NCBI GenBank assembly: GCA_963557965.1 | Contig: CAUWEX010000003.1 | Location: forward strand, 16,156 to 80,155 | DNA: 64,000 bases | Source of the DNA: an uncultured Clostridia bacterium | GTDB taxonomy: Bacteria; Bacillota; Clostridia; TANB77; CAG-508 | Direction of reading: 5' to 3' | In this document: positions 28,241-39,459 of the stretch, piece by piece | Position numbering within the stretch: the stretch's first letter is position 1 | How the letters are laid out: each line of letters opens with the position of its first letter | The notes under the pieces: generated by a model | Database searches by the model: none | What the model was told of the DNA's origin: nothing | The model's input: the letters and a program-made list of their open reading frames with translations, nothing else | Position numbers and translations under genes: made by a program

Positions 28241-28881
28241 TTTTCATCCACCCCATATTCATCAATTAAAAATCGCTTGATATTTTGTATGTCAATTCTT
28301 GTAATTTTTTTAGTTTGATTTTGCTTTGGCTCCTGATTACTATTTTGCTCTTCTCTATCTATATTAGTTTTTTCTTTGTTTACTTGCACTCTTGTATCTA
28401 TTTCTTTTATTTTTTGAATTTCTGTTACAATCCTATTTTCAGTTGTTCGCTCTTTTTCTTGTACTTCTTTTTTTTCTACTTTTAATCTTATTTCTTTTAT
28501 GGTATTTTCTTTATTTTCACTAGTATCTCCAATTATTGCTTTTACTTTGCAATTAAGTACTTTAAAACCTTGTTCTTGTATTTTGTTTTTAATGTCTTTT
28601 TCTAATTCTTGCTCATATAAACTTTCTATTCTATCATCCATACTCGCTTGATTTACTTCTGATTTATATGTACTCGTATAATTATCAACATCGATTGACG
28701 CTAAACTCAATTTATCTTTATTATTTATAAATGGTGAAATAATATTATATAGCACAAATACCCCCAACACCACTCTTATGTATTTTTTTGTTTTATTGTT
28801 AGGCAATACCATCTCGAATATTGAAACAAGTACAATAGCTACTCCTAAGCTTTTAGCCCATGAGCTTAAAAATTCAATCAT
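28222..28881 (-). CDS. spoIIIAF: stage III sporulation protein AF
   Basis: 219 aa. N-terminus MIEFLSSWAKSLGVAIVLVSIFEMVLPN is typical. Assigned by operon position. Confidence 0.8.
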   Translation of the reverse strand: MIEFLSSWAKSLGVAIVLVSIFEMVLPNNKTKKYIRVVLGVFVLYNIISPFINNKDKLSLASIDVDNYTSTYKSEVNQASMDDRIESLYEQELEKDIKNKIQEQGFKVLNCKVKAIIGDTSENKENTIKEIRLKVEKKEVQEKERTTENRIVTEIQKIKEIDTRVQVNKEKTNIDREEQNSNQEPKQNQTKKITRIDIQNIKRFLIDEYGVDEKCLEIN

Positions 28882-28889
28882 TACATCCC

Positions 28890-30044
28890 CTACCTATACA
28901 TCATTGCTCCATTTGACATTTTTAACACTAATGCGGTTGCTATAATTATCATAAAACTTATTGCACATAAAATTCCTAAAAATATCTTAAATATATCTCC
29001 AATTTCATCTAATAAGCCCGTTATTTTACTATCTGCAATTGCTTGTGTTGCAACGGCTACCAACTTATAAGATATTGTCAAAATTGCTAATTTTATAATT
29101 GGCATTATACATATTCCAATTATTATAATTACTCCTATAATTCCAACTGCATTTTTTAATACAATTCCACAACCTAATACGGTGTCTACTGCATCCCCTA
29201 AAATTTTGCCAACAACTGGTATTGCTGAACTTACTACTGCTTTAGTTGTTTTAGCAGTTATACCATCTACACTACTAGATAATGTCCCCTCCAAAGATAC
29301 TACTCCGACAAAAATTGTCAATACAATTCCTAAAAACCATACAATTCCTGATTTTAGAAATTTCGCTAGTTTGTCCACTTGCACTTGCTCCGATATTTTT
29401 GAGATGATTACTAAACTTGTGAATACCAAAACCAATGGTATTATCATAGTTTGTATCATATTTCCTACAAAATTCACCAAAAACAATATTATCGGTTCTA
29501 GCACTGTACTTGTAGTTATACTTCCAGTATATGTCATAAGTACTATCAGTAACGGAACTAACATTTGCATAAATGCCACTAGATTATTTGTTGTATCTTG
29601 CACTAAAGTTACTATACCTGAAAAATTTGTCATTATAATAGTTACTATCATTATATATTGAGCATAATATATTAATTTTGTTATTCCATCATTTTGTAAA
29701 CTCTCACTAATGGATTTTAAAATAGCATGAATAATAATTATTGCTAAAATGCTTCCAATAGCTTTTAGATTCATAATTACTTCTTGCCCTAGTAAATTTA
29801 AAATTCTTTTGATAATTGTAGAATTATCAACCTCTCCTTTTATTGCTTGATTTAATATTTCTTGTATATCAATTCCTTCAAAAAATTCTCCAGTATATTG
29901 TTCAGATTTATCAATAAATTCATTTATTTTAAACTCATCTTGCTGGCTTTGTATAGTTTCTTCTTCACTGGCTCCATATGTATATGTCATAGGAATTATT
30001 AAAAATATTAATAATATCATTAACGTTGTTATTCCTTTTTTCAT
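28890..30044 (-). CDS. spoIIIAE: stage III sporulation protein AE
   Basis: 384 aa, signal peptide plus a polytopic membrane protein. Assigned by operon position. Confidence 0.85.
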   Translation of the reverse strand: MKKGITTLMILLIFLIIPMTYTYGASEEETIQSQQDEFKINEFIDKSEQYTGEFFEGIDIQEILNQAIKGEVDNSTIIKRILNLLGQEVIMNLKAIGSILAIIIIHAILKSISESLQNDGITKLIYYAQYIMIVTIIMTNFSGIVTLVQDTTNNLVAFMQMLVPLLIVLMTYTGSITTSTVLEPIILFLVNFVGNMIQTMIIPLVLVFTSLVIISKISEQVQVDKLAKFLKSGIVWFLGIVLTIFVGVVSLEGTLSSSVDGITAKTTKAVVSSAIPVVGKILGDAVDTVLGCGIVLKNAVGIIGVIIIIGICIMPIIKLAILTISYKLVAVATQAIADSKITGLLDEIGDIFKIFLGILCAISFMIIIATALVLKMSNGAMMYR

Positions 30045-30120
30045 TTGTACTCCTATCTATATATCCTCTGTCTTTGCAATTCTTTACAAATAGTCCATTC
30101 ATTAAATTATATTAATCTTT

Positions 30121-30507
30121 TTAAGGTAATATTTTTAATATTATTTCTAATAAACTTGATATAATTGGAATAGACATTGCTGTTATTATAATCTTCGCTC
30201 CTATTTCCAACTTACTTGCAATTGCAGCTTCCCCTGCATCTTTGCATATGCTAACGGCAAATTCTGATAAAAAGGCAATTCCAGTTATTTTTATTAACAG
30301 TGTTATAAAGCTTGTATTTATAGATGCTTTACTAGCTAATGATTGTACTAAATTAATAATTCCTGACAAATCATCAATCACAAAAACTAATATTAATACT
30401 CCTGTAAGCATACTTATATATATCGCAAATTCAGGCTTATATTGCTTTAACAAAATAATTATCACTAATGCTATTAATGCAATTCCTATTATCTTTATAA
30501 CTTCCAT
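30121..30507 (-). CDS. spoIIIAD: stage III sporulation protein AD
   Basis: 128-aa polytopic membrane protein. Assigned by operon position. Confidence 0.85.
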   Translation of the reverse strand: MEVIKIIGIALIALVIIILLKQYKPEFAIYISMLTGVLILVFVIDDLSGIINLVQSLASKASINTSFITLLIKITGIAFLSEFAVSICKDAGEAAIASKLEIGAKIIITAMSIPIISSLLEIILKILP

Positions 30508-30529
30508 AGTTCCTCCGACACCAAAATCA

Positions 30530-30724
30530 TCATAAATTAAAAATTGTTCTTACTGTATCAAAAAGTCCACTTATTTCTTTTATAACCATTGTTAAAACAA
30601 TTACAATTCCTGCTAATGTTGTCATCATTGCTTGATCTTCTCGTCCTGCTCGTACAAGTACTTGGTGTAGCACTGCTACTAAAATACCTATTGCTGCTAT
30701 TTTAAATAATAAATTGATATCCAT
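30530..30724 (-). CDS. spoIIIAC: stage III sporulation protein AC
   Basis: 64 aa with two TM helices. Assigned by operon position. Confidence 0.85.
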   Translation of the reverse strand: MDINLLFKIAAIGILVAVLHQVLVRAGREDQAMMTTLAGIVIVLTMVIKEISGLFDTVRTIFNL

Positions 30725-30737
30725 AACATCCCCCTAT

Positions 30738-31247
30738 TTAAGCCAACACTATTACTATTGTTAAGCCCATAATTGTTCCTAACCTTGTATATAATTTCTC
30801 GTTTTTTTGTCTTAGCTCTGAAGCCTCTTTTATCTGATTTTCTAAAAAACTTTCCGTTATTTCTATTTGACTTACTTGTCCTTCGACATCTGTTTGTCCT
30901 AACAACTTTGATAATGTTTTTAAAGTATTTTTATCTTCTTTGTTCAAATTACATACTATTTCTTCTATTGTTTGTTCCCATGCAATATCTGCTGTTTCTT
31001 GTTTCATTTTTTCTGCAGCATTGTAAAAAATCTTACCTATATTATTTCCTGTATGTTTAGAAATTTCTCTAAATATTTCTGGTATAGGTTCATATGTAAA
31101 TTTAATTTTTGTTTTTAATATGTTTAATGCATTTTTCATTTCTTTTAATTCTTGTAATCTATATACATATTTTTTAGATAAAAATTTCCCGATTAATGTT
31201 GATGTAAGAAGTATGAAAAATAAAATTACATATTTTATCATTTGCAT
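30738..31247 (-). CDS. spoIIIAB: stage III sporulation protein AB
   Basis: 169 aa with terminal TM helices flanking a soluble domain. Assigned by operon position. Confidence 0.8.
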   Translation of the reverse strand: MQMIKYVILFFILLTSTLIGKFLSKKYVYRLQELKEMKNALNILKTKIKFTYEPIPEIFREISKHTGNNIGKIFYNAAEKMKQETADIAWEQTIEEIVCNLNKEDKNTLKTLSKLLGQTDVEGQVSQIEITESFLENQIKEASELRQKNEKLYTRLGTIMGLTIVIVLA

Positions 31248-31324
31248 ATCATATACCTTGTCCTTTCTTTAGTTTATATTTTTCTTTATATTATATGAAT
31301 GAATAATATTTTTAGAACCAAAAT

Positions 31325-32194
31325 TTATAAAAATATTATTTTTTCTATTGTTTTATCTTCTATTAATTCATTTATATTAACATTTAATTTTATATCATTC
31401 ATATTTTTCCCATGCATCGTAAAAATCCCTTTTACCCCTGAAAGCATGGCTTCTTTAATTGCATCTATATCTTCTTTCGAGCCAATTTCATCGCACGCAA
31501 TTACTTGAGGCGCCATAGTTCTAATTAACATCTTCATTCCTTTTGCTTTAGATACATTTTCTATAACATCTGTTCTAATTCCAACATCATTTTGTGCTAT
31601 TCCTTGATACATTGCTGCAATTTCTCCTCTTTCGTCGACTATTCCACATGTTTTTCCTACAAATCCTAGACTTGGCACTCCATTACTAATATTTTTAATT
31701 AGATCTCTTAACATTGTCGTCTTTCCTTTTCCTGGTGGTGATATAATCAATGTATTGTTAATAGTATTATTTTGAGCATCTATAACTTGTCCTAAAATGC
31801 TATAACTACAATTTTCTATCTCTCTTGCTATTCTAAAATTTAAGCTTGATATATATTTTATATTTATAATTTTTTCATTTTCTATAACTACACTCCCTGT
31901 AATTCCAACTCTATGCCCACCTTTTACGGTTATAAAACCTTCGCACATCTGATTTTTATATGCATAGATAGAATTATTGCATAACCTTTCTACAGTTTGT
32001 AATATTTCATTTTGGCTCACATTATATTCAGTTACCATTTCCGCTTTTCTTAATTTTAATATTATTGGTCTATTTACTCGTACTCTGATTTCTTGTAGTT
32101 CGCTTTCTACTCGTCTATTTTCCATTGTTATAGTTTGTAGAAAATCATAAATTTTACTAGGGAAATATTTGTATATCTCTTCAATTTTTTTCAA
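31325..32194 (-). CDS. spoIIIAA: stage III sporulation protein AA (secretion-type ATPase)
   Basis: 289 aa with Walker A ISPPGKGKTTMLRD. The start is TTG with a weak RBS. It is the first gene of the operon. Confidence 0.85.
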   Translation of the reverse strand: MKKIEEIYKYFPSKIYDFLQTITMENRRVESELQEIRVRVNRPIILKLRKAEMVTEYNVSQNEILQTVERLCNNSIYAYKNQMCEGFITVKGGHRVGITGSVVIENEKIINIKYISSLNFRIAREIENCSYSILGQVIDAQNNTINNTLIISPPGKGKTTMLRDLIKNISNGVPSLGFVGKTCGIVDERGEIAAMYQGIAQNDVGIRTDVIENVSKAKGMKMLIRTMAPQVIACDEIGSKEDIDAIKEAMLSGVKGIFTMHGKNMNDIKLNVNINELIEDKTIEKIIFL

Positions 32195-32211
32195 TTTTTC
32201 TCACACTCTTT

Positions 32212-32243
32212 CATGATTTTTTCTTCCGCCCCCAAAATCATCT
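32212..32243. repeat. hairpin repeat, copy C
   Basis: CATGATTTTTTCTTCCGCCCCCAAAATCATC. Its reverse complement ATGATTTTGGGGGCGGAAGAAAAAATCAT matches the core of copy A. It lies between a terminator and the spoIIIAA start. Confidence 0.7.
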
Positions 32244-32250
32244 GACTTCT

Positions 32251-32300
32251 AAAATAAAAAAAGAAGCATATATTTAAATATATGCTTCTTTTTTTATTTT
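32251..32300. terminator. bidirectional rho-independent terminator
   Basis: An A-run, then AGAAGCATATA-tttaaa-TATATGCTTCT, then a T-run. Confidence 0.7.
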
Positions 32301-32334
32301 AGAACTTTTTTATCTTTTATTTTAATTATGAATT

Positions 32335-33927
32335 TTATTTAGGATTTATTACCACTCTATAAATAATCCCTGTTTCTTGATTTTTTTCAAATTCTACTCT
32401 ATAATATCCATCTAATTTTACATCTTCTTTAATAAATGCAACATTTTGGCTACTTGCCTCATATTCTTCTCCATTAAAATGTATTTCTGTAATTTTCCTT
32501 TTACTATCTTGGCCTTCATTATTTAAGTTAATAGTAGTTAATAAACCTTTTACTGTAACGCCTTGTAAATTAGTACTTTGATACACTTCGAATTTTTGAT
32601 TAAATGTCTGGATATCCTCTTCACTAATTTTAGTTCCTTTTATTGTTTTTATTAAGTCTTCATAATTGCCAAGTTGTGGTAGTAAATATCCTATTGGATT
32701 ATCATTTTCTGCTATTCCTAATTGTTCCATTTGCTCAGCATTTACTTCTTTTAGTCTCTGTTTTACTTGGTTCAAAAAATCATCTACCGCTGTATCTTCA
32801 TATTCGCTAAGTATCAAACTATTTTCTTTATTCATGTCTTGAATAGTAATATTTTGTACAAATTTCACATTGTTCTCTATATTATATGTATATGTATTTT
32901 CAGCATTTTCTACACTTAGTGTATACCTTTCTTTTGCCAATTCGTCTGATAATAATTTATCGTAAGATAATATAAGATTTAATTTTAAGCTTTCTCCATT
33001 ATACATAAGGTTAGCTGTTATGATATATTCAATTTTATCCTTACTTTCAGTTGCCTTTTGAATTTCTATGTTACACTCATTTGTGGCAAGAATAAATTTA
33101 GTTATTTTTCCCAATTTCTTATATGTAACAAATTCAAACTTTTGATTTTCCATATCTACATTATTAGTTAGATTTGTTATGTATTCTTCTATCATTTGAG
33201 AATTAAGCTTTGTTGAACTTTTAATTGTTTTTAAAAATTTATTCATATTATCAATTGCAACATCATCACTGCTTAATTTTTCTAAAAATTGTACCAAAGT
33301 ATTCTTTACATCGTCTCCTGATAATTCAAGCTTATATCCCGTTCCACTAGCATCATCTATTTTGGAAAATTTGTCCTCACTAATTTTGCTCATAATTTGT
33401 AGATATTCATTTGATGTTGGTTGAGCATTCTCTTTGTTATCTTCTCCATTATTTACCAAGTTTTCTTCCGATGAATTAAACACTATATATTTAGGAGTCA
33501 GATAATCTGTTTGTATTCCTACATTATTTTTTACTTTTCTATAATTTATTGGAAATTTTACTTCATCAGAATAGTTTAAACTAATATTGGCTTCCTCTTT
33601 TTCTTGACTATTATTTACCTGTCCTTTATATGTTACAGTAAATTTATTTACATTGTCCAAATTCTGATTTTTTGAATTTGCATTAATACTAAAATTCCCT
33701 TCATTCATATATGGTATATTATTTTTTTTAGTCATATACTGTATAAGACTACTCTCCATAAACCCGTTTTCGTCGTCTACAATTTGAGCTGCATATTTTA
33801 ACCATAAATCTTTATTACTTTTAAATAAATCAGTTGTTAAACATATTATTCCTGATAGTACTAACATTATAATAATTATTACGATTATTATTAATGCTAC
33901 AACTAGTTTGCTTTTCTTTTGCTTCAT
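32335..33927 (-). CDS. membrane-anchored protein of unknown function
   Basis: 530-aa ORF with one N-terminal TM (LVVALIIIVIIIIMLVLSGIICL). I recognise no motif. Confidence 0.6.
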   Translation of the reverse strand: MKQKKSKLVVALIIIVIIIIMLVLSGIICLTTDLFKSNKDLWLKYAAQIVDDENGFMESSLIQYMTKKNNIPYMNEGNFSINANSKNQNLDNVNKFTVTYKGQVNNSQEKEEANISLNYSDEVKFPINYRKVKNNVGIQTDYLTPKYIVFNSSEENLVNNGEDNKENAQPTSNEYLQIMSKISEDKFSKIDDASGTGYKLELSGDDVKNTLVQFLEKLSSDDVAIDNMNKFLKTIKSSTKLNSQMIEEYITNLTNNVDMENQKFEFVTYKKLGKITKFILATNECNIEIQKATESKDKIEYIITANLMYNGESLKLNLILSYDKLLSDELAKERYTLSVENAENTYTYNIENNVKFVQNITIQDMNKENSLILSEYEDTAVDDFLNQVKQRLKEVNAEQMEQLGIAENDNPIGYLLPQLGNYEDLIKTIKGTKISEEDIQTFNQKFEVYQSTNLQGVTVKGLLTTINLNNEGQDSKRKITEIHFNGEEYEASSQNVAFIKEDVKLDGYYRVEFEKNQETGIIYRVVINPK

Positions 33928-33952
33928 AATTTTTCTCCTACTACAAAGTATT

Positions 33953-34672
33953 TTATTCTTCCCAGTTATGGTAAATGTTTGCTACGTCGTCCAATTCTTC
34001 TAGTCTTTCTATTAATCTTTCCATTTTTTCCGTTCCCTTTTCGTCTAAACTAACTGTTGTAGTTGGTACCATTTGTACATCAGCTTCTAAAAATTCCAAG
34101 CCTTCTTCTTCTAATTTTTCTCTGACTTCTGAAAAACTTTCTGGCTCTGTAATAATTTCATATACTTCATCTAATGCTTGAAAATCCTCTGCTCCCGCAT
34201 CTAAAGCAATCATCATTAATTCATCTTCTTCTAATTTAGTTGCTTCTTTTTCTACTATTATTACTCCTTTTTTGTTAAACATATATGACACACATCCTGT
34301 TGTTCCTAAATTCCCTCCTGCTTTATCGAAAACATGTCTAACATCTGCAGCTGTTCTGTTTTTATTATCTGTAGATGCTTCTACTATTACAGCTACTCCA
34401 TTTGGTCCATATCCTTCATATACTATTTCTTCATAATTTTCGTTACTACTTGATGCCTTTTTTATTGCATTATTTATTGTGTCATTTGGCATATTAGCTG
34501 CTTTACATTTAGCAATTACGTTTTTTAATTTTGAATTTCCTGCTGGATCTGGTCCACCTTCTTTTACCGCAATTAATAATTCTCTTCCTAATTTAGTAAA
34601 TACTTTTCCTCTTGCTGCATCAGCTTTTCCTTTTTTGGCTTGTATATTATGCCACTTTGAATGTCCTGACAT
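33953..34672 (-). CDS. yebC: YebC/PmpR-family transcriptional regulator
   Basis: 239 aa starting [28 protein letters not shown]. Confidence 0.9.
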   Translation of the reverse strand: MSGHSKWHNIQAKKGKADAARGKVFTKLGRELLIAVKEGGPDPAGNSKLKNVIAKCKAANMPNDTINNAIKKASSSNENYEEIVYEGYGPNGVAVIVEASTDNKNRTAADVRHVFDKAGGNLGTTGCVSYMFNKKGVIIVEKEATKLEEDELMMIALDAGAEDFQALDEVYEIITEPESFSEVREKLEEEGLEFLEADVQMVPTTTVSLDEKGTEKMERLIERLEELDDVANIYHNWEE

Positions 34673-34780
34673 TGTTAATTCCTCCTTTAATTTAATGTTA
34701 CATCCTTTAAAAAGTCTTTTAAATTATATCACATTATTTTATTTTTGTGTAGAGTTTAATTCATTATCTTGTTTTTTAGA

Positions 34781-37102
34781 CTATGCAATCTGTTTTTTCT
34801 TATAAATCTTTCTTTTTACATGTATCAATAAATAACTAATTACAGCCATAATTATTACTGCAATTACTTCAAATCCTGCAAGTGCTGATAATTTTAACAA
34901 TTTATGGAATAGCAATGCTGCTACATAAAATCCTACTGTAGTTGTTATAAACAAAAATGCATGAACTTTATTAAATGGTGTACACACCTCTTGTACTGCC
35001 AAAATGCTTACAAATCCAATTAAAATATACATCATTGTAGTTAATTCATTTTGTGGTATTTGCATTATATTCCCAACAATTGTTAAAATTATGATATTAA
35101 ACATAATTGTAATTGCAAACGGCATCGCATTCGTCAGAGCCTTAGTTAAAAACGAACCTGTTACTGGAGTTTGATTTCTTTCAAATGTTATGAAGAATGA
35201 TGTATATCCTTCAATTATCAAATCAATCAGTGTTATCTGTATTGGTATAAATGGGAATTCCATATTAGTTATAATGCAGAATAATGATAATAGCACTGAA
35301 TATATTGTTTTTATAAAGAATATTCTTGCAACTTTTGTTATATTGTTTACAACTCTTCTTCCTTCCATTAGCACATCTTTTAATACACTAAAGTCTGGAT
35401 TTAATAAAACTATTTGAGATACTTGTTTTGCTGCATCACTTGCATCTGGTAATGTAATACTACAATCAGATTCACGTAGGGCAATAACATCATTTACTCC
35501 ATCTCCAGTCATTGCAACTTTATGTCCTTTAGCTTGCAAAGCTTTTACTATTATGCTTTTTTGATGTGGTAATACTCTTGCAAAAATGCTATATCTATCA
35601 ACTAAATTTACAATTTCTGCATCTGTACTAATTGTTGATAAATCTATGTATGATTCATAATCTTCGAGCCCCGCTCTTTTTGCTATATTCGATACCGTTA
35701 ATGGATTGTCTCCTGATATAATTTTCACATCAATTCCTTGTTCTTTAAAATATCCTAACATTTCTTTTGCATTTTTTCTTAGTGGGTCCTCTAGTATTAT
35801 TGAAGCTACAACTTCTAGTTTTGGCAACTCATCAGAAGCTATCGTTTCTTTTGTGTAGGCAACACTTAGTACTCTTTTTCCATCTTTTTGTAACTCAACT
35901 ATTTTTTCTGGCATATTCTCTTGACTTTTTTCGAATAGTCTTTCTGGTGCTCCAACAACGAGTGAACCTTCTTTTACGAATGATATTGAACTCCATTTTC
36001 TTTCTGATGAAAAAGCTATATTATCTGCTTTTTCATATGATGTTTTTCCATCAAAATGTTCTTGTAATGCTCTAAAAGTTGAGTTTGTATCATCCATTCC
36101 ATTCACAAAAGCTTCCATCATATTATTAAATGGTTGTGGCAATACTTTTTCGTTGTATATCTCTACTTCTGAAACTGACATTTTTCCATTAGTAATTGTT
36201 CCTGTTTTGTCTAAGCATATTGTATCTATATGTGCTAAAGATTCTATACTATATAATTCTTGTACTAAAACTTGTTTTTTGGCTAACTTTATTACTCCTG
36301 ATTCTAATGCAATTGTTATCAGCAAAACTAGCCCTTTTGGTAGCATTCCCAATAATGCTGCCGCCGTTGCTACAACTGACTGTGCAACAGTTGATTCTCT
36401 GAAAAAATATGCTTGTATAAATAATACAATTCCTACAGGTATTATTACAAAACTCGTGAATTTTGTAACTTTTTTCATTGAATTAATTAATTCTGAATTG
36501 TTTTCTTTTTCCTTTTTAGTTGCATTTACAATTTGACTTGCAAAATTGTCATCTCCAACCTTTTCTACAATCGCATAACATTTGCCACTTACAATATAAC
36601 TTCCTGAAAGTAGCTTGTCCTCATATCCTTTAACAATTGAGTCTGATTCTCCTGTAAGTAGGGCCTCATTTACTTCTACTTCTCCTTGAATAAGATATGA
36701 GTCTGACGGAATTTGATCTCCTTGTTTTAATACAATGGTATCTCCTAATACAACTTCTTCAATTCCTATTTCTTGTTCTTTTCCATCCCTAATTACAGTT
36801 GTTTTTGAAGCTGTTAATATTGATAATTTTTTTACTAGATTTCTTCCATGTATCTCTTGAATTATTCCTATTAACACATTAACAACAATAATTGCAAAAA
36901 AGAATGTATTCGTATATGCCTTTACTAGCACCAATGCAATTGCAATTAGCAAATTATATAAATTAAATAATGTAAAAACATTATCTCTAATTATTTGCCA
37001 ATTTGTTTTTAGCTTATCATTGTCTGTTTTATTTACATTTCCCTCTTTTATTCTTTCTTCAACCTCTTGGCTTGAAAGTCCTTTAATGTTTTTTTCGTCC
37101 AT
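34781..37102 (-). CDS. cation-translocating P-type ATPase (HAD-IC), substrate unknown
   Basis: 773 aa with CLDKTGTITNG, MTGDGVNDV and TGES motifs. Confidence 0.85.
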   Translation of the reverse strand: MDEKNIKGLSSQEVEERIKEGNVNKTDNDKLKTNWQIIRDNVFTLFNLYNLLIAIALVLVKAYTNTFFFAIIVVNVLIGIIQEIHGRNLVKKLSILTASKTTVIRDGKEQEIGIEEVVLGDTIVLKQGDQIPSDSYLIQGEVEVNEALLTGESDSIVKGYEDKLLSGSYIVSGKCYAIVEKVGDDNFASQIVNATKKEKENNSELINSMKKVTKFTSFVIIPVGIVLFIQAYFFRESTVAQSVVATAAALLGMLPKGLVLLITIALESGVIKLAKKQVLVQELYSIESLAHIDTICLDKTGTITNGKMSVSEVEIYNEKVLPQPFNNMMEAFVNGMDDTNSTFRALQEHFDGKTSYEKADNIAFSSERKWSSISFVKEGSLVVGAPERLFEKSQENMPEKIVELQKDGKRVLSVAYTKETIASDELPKLEVVASIILEDPLRKNAKEMLGYFKEQGIDVKIISGDNPLTVSNIAKRAGLEDYESYIDLSTISTDAEIVNLVDRYSIFARVLPHQKSIIVKALQAKGHKVAMTGDGVNDVIALRESDCSITLPDASDAAKQVSQIVLLNPDFSVLKDVLMEGRRVVNNITKVARIFFIKTIYSVLLSLFCIITNMEFPFIPIQITLIDLIIEGYTSFFITFERNQTPVTGSFLTKALTNAMPFAITIMFNIIILTIVGNIMQIPQNELTTMMYILIGFVSILAVQEVCTPFNKVHAFLFITTTVGFYVAALLFHKLLKLSALAGFEVIAVIIMAVISYLLIHVKRKIYKKKQIA

Positions 37103-37196
37103 TGCAATCCTCCAAAATTGTATTTTATATGATATTCTTATTTATATCACAAAAATAAAAAAAAGAATAGTATTTTTTCAACTATTCTGATTTTTT

Positions 37197-37991
37197 TTAA
37201 TATTTTTTGTTATTTACTTGTGTCATTTTAAAATAAGTTTCCTCTTTTAAATTTCGAACCTTTTGCTTTATATTTATTTCTTCCTTTGAAGGGTATATCG
37301 GCTCTAATATCGTTAAAGTAACATCTTTTTTCTTCTTGAATATTTTTCGAATTCCATTAGGTTCCCTAAAAGAAAATACCATTGGTATTATTGGAACATT
37401 ATTTTTAACTGCAAATGTAAACGCCCCATCTTTAAAATGTCTTATTTTTTCAAAATACGGAAACAATGCTCTTTCTGGATAGAAATGTACAATATTATTT
37501 TTTCTTACAATTTCATTTACTGCTTTCATGAAATTCTCTTTACTTTTTATACCCGATGGTATCGGCATGGCTCTTAATAATTTTATCAATTTCCTTACTA
37601 ATGGAATTTTGAAACTATCTTCTGCTGTTGTATAATATATCTTCTTTCTTCCTGCAGCCAGTCCTACCATAGCACAATCTAATATTAGCACATGATTAGA
37701 TACACTAATTGCGCCTCCTTTAACAGTTTTCAAATTTCCTTTTCCTTCTATTTTTAAATCATATACTATTTTTAACAAAACACTTAAAATTGGATATGCA
37801 ATTCCATAATATATTATATTGGAAAAAGCAAGAAAAATTTTATTTGTTGAAACATATTCATATGTGTCATCTGCTTTGAATTCCAGTGGTTCCCACAATT
37901 CTAAAATATGCTCATTTTCGTCTGCCGTTCTTTCCAATTCTTCTATCTCTTCCATATCCTTTAATGCATATTCTCTAATACTTGTTTTCAT
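37197..37991 (-). CDS. lysophospholipid (1-acyl-sn-glycerol-3-phosphate) acyltransferase-family protein
   Basis: 264 aa with the H-x4-D motif SNHVLILD and a later FPERA-like block. Confidence 0.7.
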   Translation of the reverse strand: MKTSIREYALKDMEEIEELERTADENEHILELWEPLEFKADDTYEYVSTNKIFLAFSNIIYYGIAYPILSVLLKIVYDLKIEGKGNLKTVKGGAISVSNHVLILDCAMVGLAAGRKKIYYTTAEDSFKIPLVRKLIKLLRAMPIPSGIKSKENFMKAVNEIVRKNNIVHFYPERALFPYFEKIRHFKDGAFTFAVKNNVPIIPMVFSFREPNGIRKIFKKKKDVTLTILEPIYPSKEEINIKQKVRNLKEETYFKMTQVNNKKY

Positions 37992-39093
37992 CTATTCCCC
38001 TTATTTCTTTTATTATAAATTCTGCTATTTTTTCGCTTGCTTTTTTATCTACATTTTCTTCTTGTTTTATTGACATCTCTTCTTGCAACTTTTCGTTTTG
38101 CATAAGCATTTTTGTTTTTTCTACTATCGCTTTCATTGTATCACATTTTAGAGACATTTTCCTGTTTTCAAAAAAATTAGCATTGCAATTTTCACAACCT
38201 GGTATAGGCATTGTGTGTATAAACGGTTTCCTTAATGCTGCAACTTCTGTTGTTGTAAGCCCTCCTGGCTTTGTTAAAATAATTTCACTACTTTTCATGT
38301 ATAAATCAATATCTTTTGTAAAAGAAAGTGCAATACACTTATCTTTTATCTTTTCTAACATTTTTTTATTTTTTCCACAAGATACTATAAATTCACAATT
38401 TAAAATATTACTTTGTAAATTGCTTATCATTTCTTCAATATCTCCAAATCCCATACTTCCTGTTAAAATTAATATATTTTTTTTATTGTTATCTAGTTTC
38501 AGCTCTTTTTTACATTTGTCTTTACTGTAATTCTCTTCAAACCTTTTTGCTACTGGTATTCCAAGTGGCAATAGTTTTTCTTTTTTATTTCCTTTTGCAA
38601 TAAATTCTTGCATTAGTTCTTTATGTGGTATTATAAAATAATCTGGATTTGTTTCATTCCAAAATGGTATTGAAGTATAATCTGTTGCAATTTGTATAAA
38701 ATGTATATCATGCTCTTTTTTTATCGCCGTTAATGCTTGTGCTGGAAATAGATGTGTTGTAACTACATAATCATATCCATGTTTTTTTATATATTCATAT
38801 AATTTATTCCTATTTAACCAATTCAATTGATATACTGGTGATTTTAATTTTGTTTTTTGATATAACTCTCCTATTTTATAAACTTGTTTAAAAACTTTGC
38901 CATTATTGTTTGTACTATTTATATATAGATTATTTACTTTATCTTTTAAGCGTGGTTCTGTTATTTCTAAATATTCTTTAAAATCCGCCTGCACATTTTT
39001 ATCTTCTAATGCTTCTTTTACAGCTAATGCTGCCGAATTATGTCCTCCGCCTGTTCCACATGATAATATTAATACTTTCATATTTTTCTCCAT
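37975..39093 (-). CDS. MGDG-synthase-family glycosyltransferase (diacylglycerol glycosyltransferase-like)
   Basis: 372 aa. The N-terminus MKVLILSCGTGGGHNSAALAVKEAL is typical of the family. It sits in a lipid-gene context. Confidence 0.75.
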   Translation of the reverse strand: MEKNMKVLILSCGTGGGHNSAALAVKEALEDKNVQADFKEYLEITEPRLKDKVNNLYINSTNNNGKVFKQVYKIGELYQKTKLKSPVYQLNWLNRNKLYEYIKKHGYDYVVTTHLFPAQALTAIKKEHDIHFIQIATDYTSIPFWNETNPDYFIIPHKELMQEFIAKGNKKEKLLPLGIPVAKRFEENYSKDKCKKELKLDNNKKNILILTGSMGFGDIEEMISNLQSNILNCEFIVSCGKNKKMLEKIKDKCIALSFTKDIDLYMKSSEIILTKPGGLTTTEVAALRKPFIHTMPIPGCENCNANFFENRKMSLKCDTMKAIVEKTKMLMQNEKLQEEMSIKQEENVDKKASEKIAEFIIKEIRGIDENKY

Positions 39094-39099
39094 TTATGT

Positions 39100-39459
39100 T
39101 TATATTACTTTTGGAATAAATATCATAAGTCCGACTATTCCACTTCCAATTGCTACAACTAATACTGCTCCTGCGGCTATATCTTTAGCTATTTTTGCTT
39201 TTTCATTTTTTTGTGTTGTTATCATATCTACAACTGTTTCAATTGCTGTATTAAATAGCTCAGCAGTAATTACTAGGGCAAACAATATAATACATATACA
39301 CCATTCTACTTTGCTTAGTCCCAATACTATTCCTGCAATTATTACTAATATCATTGTACATACATGTATTTTCATATTTCTTTCTGTTTTAAATGATGTT
39401 ATTATACCTTGAAACGCATATTTAAAACTATTTAATATTTTTTTTGTTTTTGCTATCAT
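39100..39459 (-). CDS. dgkA: diacylglycerol/undecaprenol kinase family protein
   Basis: 119 aa with three TM helices. AFQGIITSFKTERNMKIH and TAELFNTAIE motifs. Confidence 0.8.
   Translation of the reverse strand: MIAKTKKILNSFKYAFQGIITSFKTERNMKIHVCTMILVIIAGIVLGLSKVEWCICIILFALVITAELFNTAIETVVDMITTQKNEKAKIAKDIAAGAVLVVAIGSGIVGLMIFIPKVI

Noticed and set aside
30508-30535. A fourth, partial copy of the hairpin-repeat loop at the spoIIIAC/spoIIIAD junction (minus strand GATGATTTTGGTGTCGGAGGAACTATG).
   Set aside because: Only the loop-like half matches. It is fully explained as the spoIIIAC stop plus the spoIIIAD RBS and start, and there is no second arm. It is noted as a hint that the repeat loop mimics an RBS region.
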